A DNA stretch of 64,000 nt from positions 10,859 through 74,858 of IMG/VR virus record IMGVR_UViG_3300023171_000011; one strand, given 5' to 3'. The position numbers and the translations under genes are program-made. The notes under the pieces are model-generated. The model was not told the DNA's origin, searched no databases, and saw only the letters and a program-made list of their open reading frames with translations. This stretch comes from a virus. The stretch's first letter is position 1; each line of letters opens with the position of its first letter. Shown piece by piece: positions 57,520 through 64,000 of this stretch.

Positions 57520-59040
57520 TTATAAATTTTTACGTCTTCCATACTCAGCTAAACACACAGCATCTGTGATGCCATCCCAATCATTTTTAGACCTTGTAGT
57601 AGCTCTAAAGTCTGCGTTTGGATATAATCTATGTGCAGCTTTCATTGAGGTCAGCTTAGTGTCTACAGAGGCTTTCTTTTGCTCAGGTTTAATTGGTTTG
57701 TATTCCATGTCGTTATTCTCCCAGATTTCCTTCTGCCATGTTTTTGGGGCTACACGAGATAGTTTAATCTTGCTTACAGCTATGATACCGTCAAGGATTC
57801 CTAAAGTATGCCCCATGGAGAAGTTAGTCGATGCACTCATCCCGAACAAACTATGTACGTCCTCTAAAATAAGGGTAGGATTATGCTTTTCTTTAAGTCC
57901 ATTTAAGATGATCCAAATACCTTCTGCATCGACGTTATCACCGATCAATGGTATAACCCATTTACCGACTATGCCTTGATTTGATATAGCAACAATTCCA
58001 CCTTTTTTGCCTGGATCTACGCCAATCCACATTGGTTGTTTCTCTCCCCATAAAGCCTTATCAAATGCTTTGTTTATTAAGGCTGGTGTAATTTCAATTT
58101 CTTCTGCCGGATTAGGATATCCGTATGCTTGTTCAAATGTTCCGTTATCAATATTGTCTTGAGCTGACTCTGCAATAGCAACCATTGCTTGATCTACTTC
58201 TTCTTTGCTCATCTCAAACAGATCGGGTTGTCCCGTGTCTTCTATGCCAGTGGTATATTTAGGGTCAACTGAAACTCTATTGCCATCTATAGTCTCCCAC
58301 ATACCGCCTTTATCTAATTTGTATTGATCTTGGAGAACATCATAGTCCACAACCTGCCAGCCGTCCTCTTTTCCATCAGTAATAACCCAAGTTCCCAAAG
58401 GCAGAATATCAGTTTTATTTATTGATTGAGGCACATCAATGTCCTGCGGCTTCCTACTTGCTTGATACCTGTCTTGTGCTTCACGTAATCCAGGAGGTAG
58501 ACCGTCTCTGTAATTTTTCACTGCTTTATCGACCTCCTTAATCACGGAAGCTATTGGCTCTACCACTTGGCCTATCTTAGCTTTTGAAGGGCTTACAACC
58601 TCTGTAAACGCTTCTGCCAACGGGTCTTGTTCCATTGCCATCCAATCCCTGAAAGAAGTGTAACCATCTGGTCTTGCACGACGATACTGATAGTATGCTT
58701 CATTGCGTTCCTGATGGGTTGGAATGTCAGCGTTTGTTTTGAACTCTCCTGCATTTAGCTTTTCAGTGAACACACTATCCATTGCTTGAAGGGTAGCTAG
58801 GTCTTGTTCGTCTTCTGGCTTAATTTCAGGTTCTTTTCTAGCAAATATACCCTTGCTCTCATTAAAGTCCTCAGTGATGTCTACCATAGTAAACTCAGGT
58901 TCTGTTTTAGGCTTCATTTCAGGGGCTACAGGCTCATCAAATAGTTTACTCGGCTGAATGGCTGACTGAATTGGTTCTTGCTCTTGTCTCTCCTCTATTG
59001 GCTTTGTTTTCGATTGGAAAACTTTATCATATAGTCCCAT
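57520..59040 (-). CDS. ruvC: RuvC-like Holliday junction resolvase with long acidic N-terminal extension
   Basis: IGVDPGKKGG, LILEDV, FSMG, VAPKTWQK, DGITDAVCLAEYG from about residue 337. Confidence 0.8.
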   Translation of the reverse strand: MGLYDKVFQSKTKPIEERQEQEPIQSAIQPSKLFDEPVAPEMKPKTEPEFTMVDITEDFNESKGIFARKEPEIKPEDEQDLATLQAMDSVFTEKLNAGEFKTNADIPTHQERNEAYYQYRRARPDGYTSFRDWMAMEQDPLAEAFTEVVSPSKAKIGQVVEPIASVIKEVDKAVKNYRDGLPPGLREAQDRYQASRKPQDIDVPQSINKTDILPLGTWVITDGKEDGWQVVDYDVLQDQYKLDKGGMWETIDGNRVSVDPKYTTGIEDTGQPDLFEMSKEEVDQAMVAIAESAQDNIDNGTFEQAYGYPNPAEEIEITPALINKAFDKALWGEKQPMWIGVDPGKKGGIVAISNQGIVGKWVIPLIGDNVDAEGIWIILNGLKEKHNPTLILEDVHSLFGMSASTNFSMGHTLGILDGIIAVSKIKLSRVAPKTWQKEIWENNDMEYKPIKPEQKKASVDTKLTSMKAAHRLYPNADFRATTRSKNDWDGITDAVCLAEYGRRKNL

Positions 59041-59043
59041 GTA

Positions 59044-59472
59044 TTATTTGCTTAAACCATACTCGTTAAAGTACTTGTTGTAAATTTTATTATTGTGAAC
59101 CTCTAATTTTTTGTAATAGATATCATTCCATTTATCGTTAGCTGAAATCTCTTTGGGATATTTATCTACATTCTGTGCCCACCAAATTATCCCCATACGG
59201 CTGTATTCTGGATATGGTGGCTCACCAATTTCATCTATGATTTCTTTAACATAATCTAATCCACTTGTTTCATTGAAATATGCTTCCTTAATTTCCTCTG
59301 GAACGCTATCCCATCTTTTACGGTACTCTACCTCTTCTTTAAAATATTCTGGATGTTCTGTTATTGCTTTTTCAAATGCTTCCGTTCCTACGGGTATACT
59401 ATCATAAGACATACCCCAAACGTAAAGAACTAATGGTGGCACATTATTAATGTCAAATTCTTTTGCTTTCAT
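59044..59472 (-). CDS. hypothetical protein
   Basis: ORF in operon. Confidence 0.5.
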   Translation of the reverse strand: MKAKEFDINNVPPLVLYVWGMSYDSIPVGTEAFEKAITEHPEYFKEEVEYRKRWDSVPEEIKEAYFNETSGLDYVKEIIDEIGEPPYPEYSRMGIIWWAQNVDKYPKEISANDKWNDIYYKKLEVHNNKIYNKYFNEYGLSK

Positions 59473-59660
59473 TTCCCTGTTTTTAAACTATCAATACCTT
59501 TATCAATTACCAGCCTCCATACAGCAGCGTCTTTAATCTTTTTACCTCTGATGGTTTTGTCTCTTTTGGCTTCCATCTTGGTTGCTATCTTGGATACTTC
59601 TTTAATTTGATCCTCGAATATATCAAGAGACTTTGATTTTATTTTTCTTTCTTCTTCCAT
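59469..59660 (-). CDS. small basic protein, possibly ribbon-helix-helix
   Basis: KSKSLDIF strand followed by helices. Confidence 0.35.
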   Translation of the reverse strand: MEEERKIKSKSLDIFEDQIKEVSKIATKMEAKRDKTIRGKKIKDAAVWRLVIDKGIDSLKTGK

Positions 59661-59677
59661 TGTGATTTAAGTTTGTG

Positions 59678-59750
59678 GAATGAAGGGCAGATTCGAACTG
59701 CCGACCTGTGGTTTAGTCACCACTGCTCTAGCCTCTGAGCTACTCCATTC
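59678..59750 (-). tRNA. tRNA-like gene with 6-nt anticodon loop (undetermined)
   Basis: gaatggag/cttcattc 8-bp acceptor; gctc/gagc D stem; gtggt-GACTAA-accac; ggcag-ttcgaat-ctgcc. Confidence 0.75.
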
Positions 59751-59766
59751 TTTTGGGATGCAAATA

Positions 59767-61020
59767 TTATTCAAATAAAACGTAAGACAATTGATCGTTA
59801 ATGTCGCCTGTTTCCACCTCTCCTTTTATGTCTGAGGTAGCAACATCCAATTTCTCTTTGATCGCTATCCTCATTTGAAGCTTTCCAAAAGGAAACTGAA
59901 TAAAAGGTTTTAATTTAGTGAACACAAGACTACGGGTAAGTACATTCTCTTCAATAGCTGAGGGTTCAATGACTTGGACTGTTTCTTTTGCTGGTTGAGA
60001 AATAATAACTGAACCAAATGAAGCTGATGGAATAGTCATGCTTTCCCTCTCAGGTTCAATATCAACTGGTTCTTTGAAGTCATCAGCAATAGAAGCGAAT
60101 GAAGTTTGTTGTTGAACTTCCGGCTCAGGAGCAACAACTGGTACCGGCACAAACAATGCTTTCCAACCTGCAGCATCTAAAGTTAAGATTTGCTCTTCTG
60201 TGATACCTTCTCCATCTCCTTTAAACCACACGTCATTGATAGTTTCACCTAAAGCGTAACCCTTCATCTCTAGTTGCTCTTTACGGAACTCTGTACGCTC
60301 TGCATTTAAATCTTGGAGCTGAGCCTTAAGTTTATTCTGCTCCGCTTCCTCAGCGTCTTTAATTGCTTGCAGACGATCAGTCTCTTCTTTCCATGCAAGT
60401 TCAATATCAACGGTAGCCTTTTTGTAGTCTTCCTCATTTAAAGCACGTAGATCAGAAGCGAGGATAAAAATTCCTCCATCGTGTTCAAAATTGTAAGTAC
60501 CGTTTTTAAGCACACCACCCATGGCAACAATTTCCTCCGCACGTACAGCAGCAACCCTATCTTTTTCCTGTTCTGCTAATAACCTTTGTTCCTCAATGTA
60601 GTTGTCAATCGGAGCGATAATGTCTTCAAGATGTTTCTCTCCTTTCTTACACAATTCAGCGGCTTCGTCAATAGGCTTTTTAAGGTCTTTACCGAACTTT
60701 AACACCGGAGCCATAACTTTCTTCCTCCAAGCCTCAGAAGTCGTTCTTAGCTTAGATATGGACTTCAATTTAGCGACTGCTTTATCGTACCCTTCTTTGT
60801 CGGTAACTCCAGCTATTGCCATCTTCTCTACTTCTGCGATCTCACTGGTTAGAATAGCGATATTCAATTCAACTCCATTGATATTTAGAGTTTCCGGAAT
60901 GACAGGAAGATTTACTTTATCTTCGATTCTCGCAAGTCCTTTGTTTTCTGAAACATCGATAGCACCTTGTGCTGCGGTTTCTGTAGTTTCCTCTACTTCT
61001 GTTATTTCTTCGTTTTGCAT
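59767..61020 (-). CDS. coiled-coil protein in recombination module
   Basis: Long heptad-rich region downstream of nuclease/RecT. Confidence 0.5.
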   Translation of the reverse strand: MQNEEITEVEETTETAAQGAIDVSENKGLARIEDKVNLPVIPETLNINGVELNIAILTSEIAEVEKMAIAGVTDKEGYDKAVAKLKSISKLRTTSEAWRKKVMAPVLKFGKDLKKPIDEAAELCKKGEKHLEDIIAPIDNYIEEQRLLAEQEKDRVAAVRAEEIVAMGGVLKNGTYNFEHDGGIFILASDLRALNEEDYKKATVDIELAWKEETDRLQAIKDAEEAEQNKLKAQLQDLNAERTEFRKEQLEMKGYALGETINDVWFKGDGEGITEEQILTLDAAGWKALFVPVPVVAPEPEVQQQTSFASIADDFKEPVDIEPERESMTIPSASFGSVIISQPAKETVQVIEPSAIEENVLTRSLVFTKLKPFIQFPFGKLQMRIAIKEKLDVATSDIKGEVETGDINDQLSYVLFE

Positions 61021-61031
61021 TTTAGTTCGTT

Positions 61032-61838
61032 TTATAATTCAACAATATCGTATTCAGGTATTACCCTTTCAAATTTGCATTTAGCTTTACATTTACTACA
61101 ATTGGCATAAGTATTTTTAGGTGTCCAATCATCCATTGCAATCGCTAAACTGATTTCATTGTAGACTTGTGATAGTCTTTCAATGTGCATAAAAACCGAG
61201 TAGTCAGTTATGACTCTTGTTCCGTTTGGTAATTCAGCCCCTACTTTGATCAATTTGCTTTTCAGGTCTTTCTTGGAGTCGAATACCCAATACTCCGTTC
61301 CAGGCATATCAGTTTTGTATTTGATTTTATAAAGCAGCGCATAGTGGATGATTTGAGACATATCCAATCTGCTAGGATCTTTCCAAGCATAAGGGCCAAA
61401 ATCATTATCGGTATCGGTAGTGAATTTCAAGTCAATTACAATCATTCTACCATCTTTCATGAAGTATACAATATCAAGGGTTCCCTCGATTGGTATAAGC
61501 TGTCCTGAGCTATCTTCTACTTGAACTGATATATATTCTTGTCTTGATTTTATCTTACCTCCTAGAGACTTTAGCCATGCTTTACATTTAAATGATTGTT
61601 CCTGTACTCGTTCGTAGAAAACTGACTTCTTCATTTTGGCACCACCTTCTACGGTATCAATATCAAAAGCTCCGTTAATACCGCCACCAATTACAAGGGT
61701 TTCAAATAAGTTTCCCCATTGCATAGGTTCGGTAGTAGCCCACTCAACTGTTTTGTCAATGTGAACGGCTTTAAACTCTACAGGGCACATAGTTTCCCAA
61801 GCTCTCATCTTACTATTCGATAACTTAAAGTTTTCCAT
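61032..61838 (-). CDS. PD-(D/E)XK exonuclease (RecE-like partner of RecT)
   Basis: LSNSK, IEGTLDIV, VIDLKFT, QIIHY, C-terminal CxxC. Confidence 0.8.
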   Translation of the reverse strand: MENFKLSNSKMRAWETMCPVEFKAVHIDKTVEWATTEPMQWGNLFETLVIGGGINGAFDIDTVEGGAKMKKSVFYERVQEQSFKCKAWLKSLGGKIKSRQEYISVQVEDSSGQLIPIEGTLDIVYFMKDGRMIVIDLKFTTDTDNDFGPYAWKDPSRLDMSQIIHYALLYKIKYKTDMPGTEYWVFDSKKDLKSKLIKVGAELPNGTRVITDYSVFMHIERLSQVYNEISLAIAMDDWTPKNTYANCSKCKAKCKFERVIPEYDIVEL

Positions 61839-61925
61839 TGCGTTTTCTCCTAGTTATAAAATCCATTGATACGCCTGTTACTAAGAACAGGATGAGCGTA
61901 AACCATATTTGAAACTCCGTTAACA

Positions 61926-62930
61926 TTATTCTGCAGGTGTGGTTTCTTCTGTGATTTTCTCTTTAGCAAATAAAATCTCTGCTTCTAAAAGCTTGATATA
62001 CTCTTCTGCTTTTGATTTCTCCATCTTACCGCTTAACTGGCTTTTTTCTAATCCTGTTTTTAATTGTGATACCAATACGGTAGGTAGGTAATGAAGATTG
62101 GTCATTTTAGTGAAGCATTCTTCTTCAAGCAACTCAAACATTTTTTTGAAGTCATCGTCTGTAGCAAGAGCAGGAGCAGCAGGTGTTGCATTCTCCTGAG
62201 ATCCATCTGTTTTCTTAGCATCCAAATCTTGTTTTTCTTTGTCGAAGTCAATACCATTGTTCTCATCATCCATTGCGATAATATTTGCGGCCATGATTGC
62301 GCGATCAGATTTAGGTAAGAATTTCCAGTGACGTTTAATGACTGTCTTACGTATCATCTCGTCTTCGTCGGTTAACCACGGTGTAGCTTTACCCGCTTTA
62401 ACTCCTTCTGAACGATTTTTAATAGCGATAAGCTGTTCTTCATACATCCATTCCACATGATCGCTACCATCGTTTAAAACAGCTATACTGTAAGCTCCTA
62501 TTCTTTCACCTTTCTTTCCATCCTTGCAGATACCATGCTTAACAAAACCATTAGAACCTTGCTCAATCTCAAACGGTTCATTTGAGTAAACAGGTTTGGC
62601 TTTGATTGATTTAACTGATCCAGTGTCTGTGATGATCTTGATAAGACCCATATAGCTGGGATCTAAGCAACACTTACCCTTACGTGGTACTAGGTATGCC
62701 ATTTTCATTACCGGACTCAATGTAAGACCTGACAAGGCCACATTAACTAAGCAATTCTTAACACTGCCTTGCTCCATACCCAATAGGTAGGTGTTGTTTT
62801 GGAAAGCCTGAACAGCAAACTCCATTTCTTTAGCGAAGTCAACCTTATTCAGATTCATTTCATCAAAGCTAGGTCTGGTAGCTGCGAGGTCTTTTTTAAG
62901 TTCGTCTATTTTTGCGAGTGTGTACGCCAT
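61926..62930 (-). CDS. recT: RecT-family single-strand annealing protein
   Basis: GLTLSP..AYLVP..SYMGL, IGAYS, PWLTD.DEM.RKTVIKR..KFLP. Confidence 0.9.
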   Translation of the reverse strand: MAYTLAKIDELKKDLAATRPSFDEMNLNKVDFAKEMEFAVQAFQNNTYLLGMEQGSVKNCLVNVALSGLTLSPVMKMAYLVPRKGKCCLDPSYMGLIKIITDTGSVKSIKAKPVYSNEPFEIEQGSNGFVKHGICKDGKKGERIGAYSIAVLNDGSDHVEWMYEEQLIAIKNRSEGVKAGKATPWLTDEDEMIRKTVIKRHWKFLPKSDRAIMAANIIAMDDENNGIDFDKEKQDLDAKKTDGSQENATPAAPALATDDDFKKMFELLEEECFTKMTNLHYLPTVLVSQLKTGLEKSQLSGKMEKSKAEEYIKLLEAEILFAKEKITEETTPAE

Positions 62931-62932
62931 GA

Positions 62933-63310
62933 TTACAATAATTTTTCTAAGTGATTCAATATTACAAGTTGACTGCGATACGTAATGTCCGCTACCCTGA
63001 TCATTTTGTCGGAGTAAAGCAATTCAAATACATGACCGATTGATTGAATGCTAATACCATCAATATAAACCACCACTGAGCTATCGTTCTTAATTTCAAT
63101 AGGAGTGGTTCTTAGCGAGTGTATAAGCTCATCAAACTGATTTAATGGTAAAAGGTTAAGGCTTCGGGTTAAGTCGTCTTGTAGCCCTTGTTTCCATGCT
63201 TTTAAAGCGACAACATGCGCATCATGCAATGGAGTTTCTTTTTTAATTCGGGAGATTGGTGTAAAGAACTCAGGTTTCAGGTCGTTCTTTAGTTGGTCGA
63301 GTAAATTCAT
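62933..63310 (-). CDS. hypothetical protein
   Basis: ORF downstream of promoter at 63344-37. Confidence 0.5.
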   Translation of the reverse strand: MNLLDQLKNDLKPEFFTPISRIKKETPLHDAHVVALKAWKQGLQDDLTRSLNLLPLNQFDELIHSLRTTPIEIKNDSSVVVYIDGISIQSIGHVFELLYSDKMIRVADITYRSQLVILNHLEKLL

Positions 63311-63606
63311 TTTTGGTACGTGTTAGTTTTGTTATTCAAAAGTAGTGTCTTTTTATTAATTCCCACTACTTTAGCTCCGCATACAGCGTAATCAGTGCAG
63401 GGCGTAGGGCAAATGACACCTATTTTTTCAATTGTTTCTCCGTGCATTTTAGCTACTAAATCCATATCGGATAAAAACCCCTTGTAATCCCAAGTAAGTA
63501 TATCTATACCTAGCTTTATGTCAACCTGCTTTACGAACCAACCATTTTTTCTGTATGGGCTCGACTGATTGCCGGAGTGATCGTACAACGACAGTAATAT
63601 TTTCAT
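63307..63606 (-). pseudogene. 3'-truncated C5-cytosine DNA methyltransferase-like gene
   Basis: ILLSLYDHSG (motif I-like) and PTPCTDY (catalytic PC) but only 99 aa; tail reads through promoter. Confidence 0.55.
63337..63373 (-). promoter_or_regulatory. promoter sharing 16-bp upstream element with the promoter at 35345
   Basis: TAAAGTAGTGGGAATT-N13-TACTTTTG. Confidence 0.65.
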
Positions 63607-64000
63607 GATTCGTTTTCTATTTGATAAATATCAATTTGAACTACTTCCGGCAACACGTATGAGTTTTTATACCCTGATTCATTTTTACTAAACATACTTC
63701 TAATTAACGCATCTATATAACTTTCATCAGCATTAGTGTCTATTTCTAGTTCGACTATTATTTTCTTTCTCATCTTAACTACTAACTACAGGTAACCACT
63801 GTCCAATTTGATCGACCAAAGATTCATACTCTTCAATCTCATCGTCACTCATTTCTCTACCGCTTTCTTTTAACTTGTAAAGCTCGCTTAGTCTTTCAAG
63901 TTCTTGTGTGTATACGAATATCCAGTCTATTTTCATGATTTCAGTGATTTAAGGTAGTTAACAACTCTTTCTTTTGGTGTCTCTCCATATTTTTCTGCAC

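Noticed and set aside
59711-59720. CTA in the loop of the lone tRNA as an amber suppressor, implying TAG recoding
   Set aside because: A 7-nt loop centred on CTA breaks the anticodon stem. Long genes are uninterrupted in the standard code and TAG ends genes at sensible boundaries.
1255-62318. Numerous 60-160 aa ORFs antisense to or nested in long genes (e.g. 1255..1557, 12535..12888, 31972..32382, 60602..61084)
   Set aside because: Shadow frames of well-supported genes, with no initiation context or motifs
1-64000. Integrase, att site or prophage boundary
   Set aside because: No recombinase motif or host housekeeping genes in the window; lifestyle cannot be decided here

Overview
Most of a tailed dsDNA phage genome with a Bacteroidota host. 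Host is inferred from TAnnTTTG promoter boxes, absence of Shine-Dalgarno motifs, 'AQ' signal peptides and an Hc1-like gene. The + strand (1-49.3 kb) carries small accessory genes, a 7-tRNA array, a lambda-style replication module (initiator, primase-helicase) and a podovirus morphogenesis block in crAss-like order (GroES, terminase, large portal, scaffold, MCP, ring proteins, tail stabilisation protein, ejection proteins). It continues with a DarB-like SNF2 helicase, tail fibres and a lysis cassette. The - strand (49.3-64 kb) carries early/recombination genes (Hc1, MazG-like, ASCH, NinG, RuvC-like, PD-(D/E)XK nuclease, RecT). No RNA polymerase, DNA polymerase, integrase or CRISPR array is visible. 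The most unusual signals are non-coding. (1) A leader-peptide attenuator precedes the tRNA array, and its codon cluster (CTA-AAC-ATA-CAT-CAG-TGG-CCC) specifies six of the seven amino acids of the downstream tRNAs. (2) A circularly permuted, anticodon-less tRNA mimic lies inside that array, and a second anticodon-defective tRNA lies elsewhere. (3) Four promoter-proximal leaders share a loop-loop pairing architecture with different sequences. (4) There is a probable +1 frameshift into the giant ejection protein. All protein assignments come from motif recognition by eye; no database searches were run.
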